Of a DNA stretch of 64,000 bases, positions 36,979 through 46,374 are shown piece after piece; position 1 is the first letter of the stretch; each line of letters starts with the position of its first letter. A model generated the notes under the pieces. It was not told the DNA's origin and did no database searches. It worked only from the letters and a program-made list of their open reading frames with translations. The translations under genes were made by a program, and so were the position numbers. Source of the DNA: Prolixibacteraceae bacterium (lineage in GTDB: Bacteria; Bacteroidota; Bacteroidia; Bacteroidales; Prolixibacteraceae); the NCBI GenBank assembly GCA_963668595.1, contig OY764876.1, forward strand, positions 3,923,554 through 3,987,553, given 5' to 3'.

Positions 36979-37953
36979 ATGAAAAGAATAGTTGTTGCAG
37001 GAGCCGGAGGTTTTATCGGCGGGCATTTAGCAAAAAAATTGCAGGAAATGGGTTATGTTGTTCGTGCGGTGGACAAAAAACCGTTGAATCAGTGGTATCA
37101 GGTTCACGAAGGGATAGACAATTTAGTGCTGGATTTAACAAGCAAAGAGAATTGCTACGCTGCATTGAATGGGTACAACGAAGTATTCAATTTGGCTGCC
37201 GATATGGGTGGAATGGGATTCATTGAGACACATAAAGCGGAGTGTATGCTAAGTGTGTTGATTAATACTCATTTGCTAATGGCTGCAAAAGATTTGGGTA
37301 TCACTCGTTTCTTTTATGCTTCATCGGCTTGTGTTTATAATGGCGAAAAGCAGCAAGATCCGAATAATCCGGGTTTGAAGGAAGCAGATGCATATCCTGC
37401 TCAGGCTGAAGATGGTTATGGCTGGGAAAAGTTGTTCTCAGAAAGAATGTGCCGCCATTTCCGCGAAGATTATGGTATTGAAACCCGTGTGGCTCGTTTC
37501 CACAATGTATATGGCCCTTACGGAACTTGGGATGGTGGTCGTGAAAAAGCTCCGGCTGCAATGTGCCGCAAAGTTCTTGAGTCAGAATTGTACGGAAAAG
37601 ATGAAATTAACATTTGGGGAGACGGAGAACAAACCCGCAGCTTCATGTATATCTCTGACTGTGTGGAAGGAATTCTGAAAATCATGTACAGCGATATTAT
37701 TGAGCCGATCAATCTGGGTAGCAGTGAGATGGTTTCAATCAATCAGTTAGTGGATATTGTTGAAGATATTGCCGGAATCAAATTAAAACGTACGTATGAT
37801 TTGAATGCTCCCAAGGGAGTGCGCGGACGCAATAGCGACAATACAATGATTCTTGAATTGCTCGGATGGGAACCTTCGCTTCCGTTAGCACAGGGAATGA
37901 AAGAAACTTACGAGTGGATTCGGACTCAAATGGTTCAAGGCGGAATTAAGTAA
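36979..37953 (+). CDS. gme: GDP-mannose 3,5-epimerase (plant GME type)
   Basis: Rossmann motif GAGGFIGGHL. ASSACVY and YGWEK (YxxxK). FHNVYGPYGTWDGGREKAPAAMCRK and GVRGRNSDN are near-identical to plant GME as I recall it (FHNIYGPFGTWKGGREKAPAAFCRK, GVRGRNSDN). Confidence 0.85.
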   Translation: MKRIVVAGAGGFIGGHLAKKLQEMGYVVRAVDKKPLNQWYQVHEGIDNLVLDLTSKENCYAALNGYNEVFNLAADMGGMGFIETHKAECMLSVLINTHLLMAAKDLGITRFFYASSACVYNGEKQQDPNNPGLKEADAYPAQAEDGYGWEKLFSERMCRHFREDYGIETRVARFHNVYGPYGTWDGGREKAPAAMCRKVLESELYGKDEINIWGDGEQTRSFMYISDCVEGILKIMYSDIIEPINLGSSEMVSINQLVDIVEDIAGIKLKRTYDLNAPKGVRGRNSDNTMILELLGWEPSLPLAQGMKETYEWIRTQMVQGGIK

Positions 37954-38042
37954 ATCTCTTCCAATAATAGAAATACAGGCGGGCTTAGTGGCTTGAAAAC
38001 CAAAGTCCGCTTTTTGTTTATAAACGAGTATTTGTTTTTACT

Positions 38043-39179
38043 ATGAGTGAAAAAAAAGTATTGGTTAGCGGATGTTACGATCTTTTGCATGCCGGACATG
38101 TTGCGTTTTTTAAATCGGCGTCGCAGTACGGGAAACTTTTTGTCAGTGTTGGTCAGGATGAGAATATCTTTGAATTAAAAGGGAAGAAACCTTATTTTTC
38201 ACAGGCCGAACGGGTGTACATGGTTGGTGCGGTAAAATATGTACACGAGGCATTTGTGTCTTCAGGTCAGGGGATGCTTGATTTTGAAGAAGATATGAAG
38301 CGCATCCAACCAGATATTTTCATTGTAAACACGGATGGATATACGGATGGCAAAGCCCGTATTTGTAAAGAAAACAATGTGGAACTTGTGGTTTTGGAGC
38401 GAATTCCGGAAGATGGTCTGCCTGCCCGGTCCAGTTCTTCGTCAAAAAAAGAATTGAAGTTTCCATACCGGATTTGTATTGCCGGAGGCTGGATGGATCA
38501 GCCCTGGGTGTCGGAAATATATCCCGGATCAGTAGTGGTTGCACAAATTTGGCCCAACATCGAATTTAACGATCGCTCCGGCATGGCAACCAGCTCCCGC
38601 GTTGTTGCTCAGGAATTATGGGGTGGCAAAATACCGGAAGGCGATCCGGTAGCAAATGCAAAACTATTATTTGGAGCAGAGAATCCTCCCGGAAGTAAAT
38701 ACATTTCGGGATCACAAGATCAGTTGGGCATTCTGGTTCCTGGAGTTAGTCGTTTGGATTATTCCGGAAATTACTGGCCTTCGCATATCGAAACTACCCG
38801 TCAGCAGGAAATCTGTGAGTGGCTGTCAGAAGTGCTGTATCTGGTTCCTCTTGCTCCTCGTCCTTGTGGTTACGACCCTTTACTTGAACAGCACCTCGAA
38901 AAAGAGTTTGTAAAAGAGTTAGGCGATTCAGGAAAGAAATGCTACGAAGCAATTCTTGCTAAAGACATACGATTGCTGGGGGAGTCGATGACTGAATCTT
39001 TTTATGCATGGAAGAAACTTCTTCCTTATACTGTGCCACAGTGGGTGCTCGAAGAAATGGAAGACAAATATATTGGGAGGTATGCAGGTGCCATTACTTC
39101 TGGTTGTGGTGGCGGCTATGTTGTGGTTGCCTCCGATAAATCTGTTGAAGGGGCAATTCAGATTAAAATAAAGTACTAA
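38043..39179 (+). CDS. bifunctional cytidylyltransferase-like nucleotidyltransferase / GHMP-family sugar kinase
   Basis: N-terminus has GCYDLLHAGH (the HxGH nucleotidyltransferase motif). C-terminus has GHMP motifs RSGMATSS and GCGGGY. 378 aa. Confidence 0.75.
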   Translation: MSEKKVLVSGCYDLLHAGHVAFFKSASQYGKLFVSVGQDENIFELKGKKPYFSQAERVYMVGAVKYVHEAFVSSGQGMLDFEEDMKRIQPDIFIVNTDGYTDGKARICKENNVELVVLERIPEDGLPARSSSSSKKELKFPYRICIAGGWMDQPWVSEIYPGSVVVAQIWPNIEFNDRSGMATSSRVVAQELWGGKIPEGDPVANAKLLFGAENPPGSKYISGSQDQLGILVPGVSRLDYSGNYWPSHIETTRQQEICEWLSEVLYLVPLAPRPCGYDPLLEQHLEKEFVKELGDSGKKCYEAILAKDIRLLGESMTESFYAWKKLLPYTVPQWVLEEMEDKYIGRYAGAITSGCGGGYVVVASDKSVEGAIQIKIKY

Positions 39180-39223
39180 GTGTTTGGTTTCATAGATCTA
39201 TAAATACATGTTAAGAGAAAAAA

Positions 39224-40858
39224 ATGAAGCAATATCTAATTGTCATCTTTATTTCACTAATAGGCTATTCGTACGGACAGGATATTAAGCGAGAACGCCC
39301 CCGAGAATGGGATAATCTTGTTTTCGGCGGAGCATTCATCGATCGATTTTTGCCGATCCCCCCGATAGGCGAACTGACGCATGATACTTGGGGATGTGAT
39401 GCAGTGAAACCTCGTTATGTGGAGAATGGAATCGAAGATCCGGCATGGTCGTATTGGGGGGGGAATATTGTTCGGGGAGACGATAGTTTGTACCATCTGT
39501 TTGTGTGTCGCTGGCCCGAAAATGCCGAAAAGGGACATATGGCCTGGCCCAGCTCTGAGGTGGTTCATGCTGTTTCGTCTAATAGGATGGGGCCCTACAA
39601 AGTAAAAGGCGAAGCTATCGGTAAAGGACATAATCCAGAATTGTTTCGGTTGAAAGATGGCCGCTATGTTATTTATGTTATTGATGGTTACTACATTTCA
39701 AATAGTCTGAATGGTCCCTGGAAAAAAGGGAAATTCCAATTTGATCCGCGGGATAGGAAGATTATCGAGGGTTTATCGAATTTGAGCTTTGCACAGCGGG
39801 AAGACGGATCGTTTCTGATGGTGTGTAGGGGTGGCGGAATTTGGGTGAGCCAAACAGGCTTATCGCCATGGAAGCAGGTGACCAACAAAAGTGTGTACCC
39901 GCCCTACAATGGGCGCTATGAAGATCCGGTGATTTGGCGGACAAATATTCAGTATCACATGATTGTGAACGACTGGTATGGGCGCATTGCTTATTATCTG
40001 AGGTCGGGCGACGGATTCAATTGGATTGTGGAGCCGGGCGAAGCCTATAAGCCGGGAATTGCCCGTTACGAAGACGGGACACTGGAAGACTGGTATAAAT
40101 ACGAGCGAATTAAAGTTTTACAAGATGAAATTGGCCGTCCTGTTCAAGCGAATTTTGCAGTGATCGACTCTTCAAAATGGCATGACTTCCCCAATGACAG
40201 GCATAGCTCAAAAAATATATGTATTCCACTTGCTGTTGAAAAGCAACTTTTAGTTCTGAATACAAAAAAAATAACCGCAAAAACAAAAAGCATTCGATTG
40301 AAGATTTTTGCTGAGCCTGATTTCAATCCACAAACAGATGTTGATTTTGCTTCGTTGCGATTGGGTTCGTCCGAAGAAGTAAATTTTGGGCGGGGATGCA
40401 CTGTTGTCAGAACCGAAAATGAAGGTGATAACATGGTGTTGGAGTTTGATGCAAAGGGCTTTGGTTTGACTAAAAATGAATCTGCTGCAAAATTGATTGG
40501 CAAAACGAATAACGGAAATTTGTTGTTCGGATATGCCCGTTTACCAGAAGTAGAATACGGCCGGGCGGTGCTTTCTTGCTTGAACCCGAAAATATTAACT
40601 TCAGAACTGATGTTGGAGGTGGAAAATTTTGGTTTATCTCCTTCTCGGAAAAGTCTTGTTTGTGTTGAGTTGACAGAAGGGAGTTGTGCTCCGATTGTTC
40701 TGGAAGGCGTTTTGCCCAAAATAATGCCTTATCAGAAAGAAGTAATTCATCTGAAAACGAAAGCCGGTATTTCTGAAAATCGGCAATATCATGTAAAAGT
40801 ATTTCTGAAAAATCAACCAGATGCAATGCCTCTGTGGGATTGTAAAATTGAAAATTAA
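39224..40858 (+). CDS. secreted glycoside hydrolase-like protein (five-bladed beta-propeller, GH43/GH117-like clan) with a C-terminal beta-sandwich domain
   Basis: Signal peptide. Repeated W/aromatic-rich blade pattern (SLYHLFVCRW, GRYVIYVIDG, GSFLMVCRGGGIW, YHMIVNDWYG). The family assignment is tentative. Confidence 0.55.
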   Translation: MKQYLIVIFISLIGYSYGQDIKRERPREWDNLVFGGAFIDRFLPIPPIGELTHDTWGCDAVKPRYVENGIEDPAWSYWGGNIVRGDDSLYHLFVCRWPENAEKGHMAWPSSEVVHAVSSNRMGPYKVKGEAIGKGHNPELFRLKDGRYVIYVIDGYYISNSLNGPWKKGKFQFDPRDRKIIEGLSNLSFAQREDGSFLMVCRGGGIWVSQTGLSPWKQVTNKSVYPPYNGRYEDPVIWRTNIQYHMIVNDWYGRIAYYLRSGDGFNWIVEPGEAYKPGIARYEDGTLEDWYKYERIKVLQDEIGRPVQANFAVIDSSKWHDFPNDRHSSKNICIPLAVEKQLLVLNTKKITAKTKSIRLKIFAEPDFNPQTDVDFASLRLGSSEEVNFGRGCTVVRTENEGDNMVLEFDAKGFGLTKNESAAKLIGKTNNGNLLFGYARLPEVEYGRAVLSCLNPKILTSELMLEVENFGLSPSRKSLVCVELTEGSCAPIVLEGVLPKIMPYQKEVIHLKTKAGISENRQYHVKVFLKNQPDAMPLWDCKIEN

Positions 40859-40859
40859 A

Positions 40860-41942
40860 ATGAAATCAATTCATTGCTTGATTATGGCCGGAGGCTCCGG
40901 TACGCGTTTCTGGCCACGGAGTCGGGCTGCCAGACCCAAACAGTTTTTGAAAATATTCGAGGACGAATCATTGATTCAGTCAACGGTAAGCCGTTTTTCA
41001 CGATTTACTCCAACTGAAAATATTTGGATCGTCTCAAATAAAAATCAGCAACAATTATTAGATGATCAATGTGCAGGACTTCGTCCTGAAAACCTGATTT
41101 ATGAACCCGCAGGACGAAATACCCTGCCCGCAATTGGCTTGTCGTCCATGCTTATTGCCCGGAATAATCCGGATGCGATGATGGTAGTGTCGCCGGCTGA
41201 CCATTTAATTAAAGATGATGGATTGTTTCAGCAAACGATCGAATCGGCCGTTTTGCTTGCCCGCCGGAATGATGCAATTGTTACCATCGGAATTACTCCG
41301 AATGCCCCCTCAACGGGGTATGGATACATTGAAATTAATCAGGAGGTCAATGTTGGCCAGCCAATTCGTTCTTTTTCCGTAACTCGCTTTGTCGAAAAAC
41401 CGGGTTTGGAAACTGCAATGCAATATGTATCATCCGGCCGTTTTTTCTGGAATTCAGGAATTTTTGTTTTTCGTGTCTCTGTTTTTATCGATTCCCTTCA
41501 GAAATATGCTCCCGAAACTTTTGAGAAACTAAAGACTATTGTCCGTTCATTCGGGCAAGAAGATTATGAAACTACCATAAATCAATTATATCCTGAAATA
41601 GAGGCAACTTCTGTTGATTACGGAATCATGGAAAAAGCGGACAATGTTTTTCTGGTTCAGGGAGATTTTGTCTGGAACGATTTAGGTAGCTGGGAAGAAG
41701 TATATAAATACGACACACGAAAGGATGAAAGCCGGAATGTTAGTTCCGGGAAGGTGATTTTGCATGATGTCCGGAATTCGTATGTATTTGCCGAATCCGG
41801 AGTCGTCGCTGTTGTTGGACTCAACGATGTAATCGTGGTTCAGGAAGGAGATACTTTTTTAGTGTGTAAACGCGAAAGTGCAGAAGAAATAAAAAGCGTT
41901 GTAACTAAATTGAAAAACAGAGATATGACGGACTATTTATAA
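40860..41942 (+). CDS. mannose-1-phosphate guanylyltransferase-like sugar-1-phosphate nucleotidyltransferase, copy 2
   Basis: MAGGSGTRFWPRSR and GYGYIE. The ATG at 40860 lies 1 nt after the upstream stop, so it is preferred over 40821. Confidence 0.85.
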   Translation: MKSIHCLIMAGGSGTRFWPRSRAARPKQFLKIFEDESLIQSTVSRFSRFTPTENIWIVSNKNQQQLLDDQCAGLRPENLIYEPAGRNTLPAIGLSSMLIARNNPDAMMVVSPADHLIKDDGLFQQTIESAVLLARRNDAIVTIGITPNAPSTGYGYIEINQEVNVGQPIRSFSVTRFVEKPGLETAMQYVSSGRFFWNSGIFVFRVSVFIDSLQKYAPETFEKLKTIVRSFGQEDYETTINQLYPEIEATSVDYGIMEKADNVFLVQGDFVWNDLGSWEEVYKYDTRKDESRNVSSGKVILHDVRNSYVFAESGVVAVVGLNDVIVVQEGDTFLVCKRESAEEIKSVVTKLKNRDMTDYL

Positions 41943-41961
41943 ACTTTAAACTAAACCAACT

Positions 41962-43461
41962 ATGCGAAAAAAAATTATCGGACTGTTTTGTCTATCATTT
42001 TGTGTATTGACTACAACCACGGGCCAATCGTTACCGAAAAAATTTACAACGACTGATGAATCTCTCAAACAATACCAGTATCCGGAATGGTTCAGAGATG
42101 CCAAATTCGGCATCTGGTCGCACTGGGGGCCACAGGCTGTGCCTCGTCAGGGCGATTGGTATGCAAAACGCTTGTATCAGGAAGGTGGCGATGCATATAA
42201 ATACCATCTGGAACATTACGGGCATCCCTCAAAATTTGGGTATAAGGATATTATTCCCTTATGGAAAGCAGAGCGCTGGAGTCCGGATCAATTAATGAAA
42301 TTGTATAAAAAAGTGGGAGCCCGCTATTTTGTAAGCATGGGTACTCATCATGATAACTTTTTCCTCTGGAATTCGAAGATACACAAATGGAATGCTGTGA
42401 ATATGGGGCCGAGGAAAGACGTGGTTGGTCTGTGGCAAAAAGCTGCCAGAAAAGAAGGTCTGCGCTTTGGCGTTTCGGAACATCTGGGAGCCAGTTATAC
42501 CTGGTTTCAGGTTGCCCGGGGTACCGATAAAAGTGGGTCAATGAGTGGTATTCCTTACGATGGAAATAATGAGCAATATGCCGACTTATATCATCCGGAA
42601 ACTTCGCCGGACGATAACGCCTGGCTCACAACGAATGCAACGAATCATCAAAACTGGCTGGCGAGTATTACTGAACTGATTGATATGTACCAGCCCGATT
42701 TGTTGTACTCGGATAGCGAATTGCCTTTTGGAGAAGTGGGACGAACTATGCTGGCTCATTTCTATAATCAGGATATGGCTAAAAATAATGGCAGACTGGA
42801 GGCGGTTTACAATTGTAAGCTTCGTCCTTCAGAGGGGCGTTGGGTGCAGGATATTGAACGTGGAGCAATGGATTCGATTAGTCCTTTCCCCTGGCAAACC
42901 GATACATCGATTGGTGATTGGTATTACCGAACCGGACAGAAGTATATGACCGGAACCGAAGTAGTGCAAATGCTGGTGGATATTGTCAGTAAAAATGGGA
43001 ATCTATTGCTGAATGTAGTTCAGACCCCGGAAGGCGATCTTGAACCGGATGTGTTGGCAATACTTGATGAAATAGCGCAATGGATGCATACAAATGGCGA
43101 AAGTATCTATGGAACCCGCCCCTGGAAAATATACGGAGAAGGTCCATCCACAACAATGAGGCAGGAAAAAGGTCATTTTGGAGGAGTCAAAGATGTTCGT
43201 CAGTATGAATCTTCAGACATTCGCTTTACAACAAAAGGGGAAACTCTTTATGCTTTTTGCATGACGAAACCGATAGCAAATATTAGAATTCTTTCATTAG
43301 GGAAAAATTCGAAGGTGTGTGGCAAAACGATTGAATCGGTAAAGCTGCTGGGAGGAAGCGAAAAACTGTGTTGGACACAGGGCGGTGAAGCTCTGGTAAT
43401 TTCGAAACCATCCCAATTGCCTTTGGGTGAGGTGTGTGTCTTAAAAATAAAGTTTAAATAG
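41962..43461 (+). CDS. alpha-L-fucosidase, GH29
   Basis: Signal peptide. YPEWFRDAKFGIWSHWGPQAV and YFVSMGTHHDNFFLW are typical GH29 blocks. Confidence 0.88.
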   Translation: MRKKIIGLFCLSFCVLTTTTGQSLPKKFTTTDESLKQYQYPEWFRDAKFGIWSHWGPQAVPRQGDWYAKRLYQEGGDAYKYHLEHYGHPSKFGYKDIIPLWKAERWSPDQLMKLYKKVGARYFVSMGTHHDNFFLWNSKIHKWNAVNMGPRKDVVGLWQKAARKEGLRFGVSEHLGASYTWFQVARGTDKSGSMSGIPYDGNNEQYADLYHPETSPDDNAWLTTNATNHQNWLASITELIDMYQPDLLYSDSELPFGEVGRTMLAHFYNQDMAKNNGRLEAVYNCKLRPSEGRWVQDIERGAMDSISPFPWQTDTSIGDWYYRTGQKYMTGTEVVQMLVDIVSKNGNLLLNVVQTPEGDLEPDVLAILDEIAQWMHTNGESIYGTRPWKIYGEGPSTTMRQEKGHFGGVKDVRQYESSDIRFTTKGETLYAFCMTKPIANIRILSLGKNSKVCGKTIESVKLLGGSEKLCWTQGGEALVISKPSQLPLGEVCVLKIKFK

Positions 43462-43525
43462 ATTTTCAGCAAGATTGCAATTGAGGTTCATGTAGAGCAG
43501 ATCAATAAAACCCAAAACAAGAGAG

Positions 43526-43879
43526 ATGACAACAGCTTACAAAAGGTTTTGTAAAACATTGACATTGGAAGATGATGATTTTCTGATAAGTGAATATAAA
43601 CGGGTACATGCTCCGGGATACGCATGGCCTGAAATAACTCAGGGAATGCGGGAAGTGGGAATCCTGGATATGGAAATATACATTCTCGGTACTCAGTTGT
43701 TTATGATTATGGATACTGTGGCTGATTTTGATCACGATCGGGCCATGGAGGAACTTGCAGATAAACCCCGTCAGTCAGAATGGGAAGCATTTGTCGCGCG
43801 TTTTCAGAAATCAGTAGCGGAGGCCAGTGCTGGTAAAAAGTGGACGCGAATGGAACGGATTTATAAAATGGGAATGTAG
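43526..43879 (+). CDS. L-rhamnose/L-fucose mutarotase family protein (RhaM-like)
   Basis: 117 aa. YKRVHAPGYAWPEI...GILDMEIY pattern of the RhaM/DUF718 fold. Confidence 0.75.
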   Translation: MTTAYKRFCKTLTLEDDDFLISEYKRVHAPGYAWPEITQGMREVGILDMEIYILGTQLFMIMDTVADFDHDRAMEELADKPRQSEWEAFVARFQKSVAEASAGKKWTRMERIYKMGM

Positions 43880-44070
43880 TTTGATTTTTACCGATGAGGG
43901 GTGTAATTGGGAAGTGATTAATGAATTCGAATTAGTCACGATAAGGGATGGAATGACAAATAGCCAGTAAATTATTATTTCTATTTCAATCAGGGAATAT
44001 CATTAACTTTTGTATTTTTAACACCCGGCAATTTGCCTGTAAACCTTAACAAACCAATAAAACAATCAAC

Positions 44071-45369
44071 GTGAACTCAACAATTAAGAAAAAAGTTGTA
44101 TCGGGGGAGGTGTTGGTCCCCTTTATCTTAATCACCAGCCTTTTTGCCCTTTGGGGATTCGCCAACGACATCACCAACCCGATGGTGGCGGCATTTAAAA
44201 CAGTTATGGAAATATCGAATGCAAAAGCAGCTTTGATTCAGTTCGCTTTTTATGGCGGTTATGCAACCATGGCCATTCCTGCCGCATTAATAATTAAACG
44301 ATATTCCTATAAAGTTGGCATCATTGTAGGCCTGTCGCTCTACGCGATTGGAGCCTTAATGTTTTTTCCCGCAGCTCAGTTCGAGATGTTTGGCTTCTTC
44401 CTGCTATCGTTATATATTTTGACTTTCGGATTGGCGTTTCTTGAAACAACTGCCAATCCATATATTTTGTCTATGGGAGACCCGGCAACAGCAACCCGCC
44501 GGTTGAATTTAGCTCAGGCATTTAATCCGATGGGATCTTTATTGGGAATGGTTGTCGCATCACAGGTAATACTTCCTCACCTGATTTCAGATAGGCGAGA
44601 TACTGCCGGAAATTTGATTTTCGACACGTTAAGCGCGGCAGAGAAAGCAAGCATTCGTACGCACGACCTGGCTGTAATCCGAAACCCATACGTAATGCTG
44701 GGTTTTGTTGTCATTGCCATGCTGGTGGTTATTGCTGTTTCAAAAATGCCTAAGCGGGATGACGAAGGACAGGCAGTACGAGCCATTGATTCGGCTAAAC
44801 GACTAGTGAGAAATAAAATCTACCGGGAAGGCGTAATTGCCCAGGTGTTTTATGTCGGCGCGCAGATCATGTGCTGGACATTTATTATTCAGTATGCTGA
44901 AAATTTGGGATTGTCGAAAGCCGAAGCTCAGCGGTATAATATTGCAGCAATGGTAATTTTTCTGCTTAGTCGTTTTGTTAGCACCGGATTGATGAAATAC
45001 CTGAATGCCCGATTTATGCTGATGATTTTTGCAATTGGTGGAATATTAACAACTACGGGAGTTATTCTTATTCAGGGAATGCCCGGATTATATTTGTTGG
45101 TTGCAACCTCTGCATTCATGTCTCTCATGTTTCCAACTATTTATGGTATTGCACTCGAAAATGTAGGTGGCGACGCAACACTTGGCGCTGCAGGTTTGGT
45201 AATGGCCATTGTAGGGGGCGCGTTAATGCCACCGTTGCAAGGACTCATTATTGACCAGGGAAACATTGCATGGTTGCCTGCCGTTAATTTTTCTTTTGTT
45301 CTTCCGCTGATTTGCTTTCTGGTAATTGCGGTTTATGGCTACCGCGCTTATGGAAGTCTGAAAAAGTAG
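44071..45369 (+). CDS. fucP: L-fucose:H+ symporter family MFS permease
   Basis: 432 aa, 12-TM MFS protein. LFALWGFANDITNPMV is the FucP/glucose-galactose transporter N-terminal signature. Confidence 0.85.
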   Translation: MNSTIKKKVVSGEVLVPFILITSLFALWGFANDITNPMVAAFKTVMEISNAKAALIQFAFYGGYATMAIPAALIIKRYSYKVGIIVGLSLYAIGALMFFPAAQFEMFGFFLLSLYILTFGLAFLETTANPYILSMGDPATATRRLNLAQAFNPMGSLLGMVVASQVILPHLISDRRDTAGNLIFDTLSAAEKASIRTHDLAVIRNPYVMLGFVVIAMLVVIAVSKMPKRDDEGQAVRAIDSAKRLVRNKIYREGVIAQVFYVGAQIMCWTFIIQYAENLGLSKAEAQRYNIAAMVIFLLSRFVSTGLMKYLNARFMLMIFAIGGILTTTGVILIQGMPGLYLLVATSAFMSLMFPTIYGIALENVGGDATLGAAGLVMAIVGGALMPPLQGLIIDQGNIAWLPAVNFSFVLPLICFLVIAVYGYRAYGSLKK

Positions 45370-45401
45370 AATTAAATAATCGGGTAGAATGTGATTATTA
45401 A

Positions 45402-45485
45402 CCGGAGTATTCGCCTATTACTATTATAATAGTAATGTATAATTAGTCCGAAGTGTTAAGTTAATCTTATACTCCGGACTAATTT
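45402..45485 (+). terminator. nested palindromes ending in a hairpin plus T-run (fucP terminator or possible attenuator)
   Basis: CCGGAGTAT (45402-10) pairs with ATACTCCGG (45469-77). A 20-bp perfect palindrome ATTACTATTATAATAGTAAT is at 45417-36. AATTAGTCCG (45441-50) pairs with CGGACTAATT (45475-84), followed by TTTT. Confidence 0.55.
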
Positions 45486-45563
45486 TTTAGTAAAAGTTCA
45501 GATTTAATATTGGCGTTACGTTCGTCTGTATTACAAGGGCTATTTTTGGGAAATTTTTTAAAA

Positions 45564-46328
45564 ATGCTGATTGATACTCATTCCCATATTTATTTAGAAG
45601 ATTATTCCGATGATCTCGACCAGGTTATCGAAAGGGCTTATCAGTGCAACGTGCGGAAAATTGTATTGCCGAATATTGATAGTTCATCATTGAAGAGCAT
45701 GATTGATTTGGCCAATGCATATCCGCAGATTTGTTATCCGTTGATTGGTTTGCATCCTACTTCAGTAAATGAAGATTACCAGGATGAGTTGCAATTAGTC
45801 GAGTTCTGGCTGAAAAAGAGAAAGTTTTTCGGAATTGGAGAAATTGGTATCGATTTATATTGGGACAAAACATTTCTTGAAGAGCAAACATTTGTTTTTC
45901 GTCGCCAGCTTCAATTAGCAAAGGAAAGTAATCTGCCAGTGGTGATTCATGTGCGTGAATCGTTCGATCAGGTTTATGAAGCTCTTCTAAGCGAGCTGGA
46001 TGAGAACCTGACAGGCGTTTTTCATAGTTTTACCGGTAATCTGGAACAAGCCAATAAGGTGATTCAAGCCGGATTTAAAATCGGAGTAGGAGGAATTGTG
46101 ACATTTAAGAATTCTGATTTGGCAGCAATGCTTCGTCACCTTGATCCCAAACACCTGGTTCTTGAAACCGATTCTCCCTATTTGACTCCGGTTCCTTTCC
46201 GTGGAAAAAGAAATGAAAGTTCATACCTTATATATACAGCACAAAAAGTAGCTGATATTTACCAAACAACTGTTGACGAAATTGCTCGTATTACAACAGA
46301 AAATGCTGAGAAACTTTTCGGTATTTAA
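45564..46328 (+). CDS. tatD: TatD family metal-dependent hydrolase
   Basis: IDTHSHI, HVRES, HSFTG and ETDSPYL motifs. The start is moved to MLIDTH. Confidence 0.9.
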   Translation: MLIDTHSHIYLEDYSDDLDQVIERAYQCNVRKIVLPNIDSSSLKSMIDLANAYPQICYPLIGLHPTSVNEDYQDELQLVEFWLKKRKFFGIGEIGIDLYWDKTFLEEQTFVFRRQLQLAKESNLPVVIHVRESFDQVYEALLSELDENLTGVFHSFTGNLEQANKVIQAGFKIGVGGIVTFKNSDLAAMLRHLDPKHLVLETDSPYLTPVPFRGKRNESSYLIYTAQKVADIYQTTVDEIARITTENAEKLFGI

Positions 46329-46374
46329 AAATTACTTTGCTTAAATTTGGGGCTCTAATCAATAGCCCGTAAGC

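Noticed and set aside
36918-37226. 102-aa ORF upstream of and overlapping the GME gene
   Set aside because: It is out of frame with a very well supported GME coding sequence, and its translation is Arg/Cys-rich.
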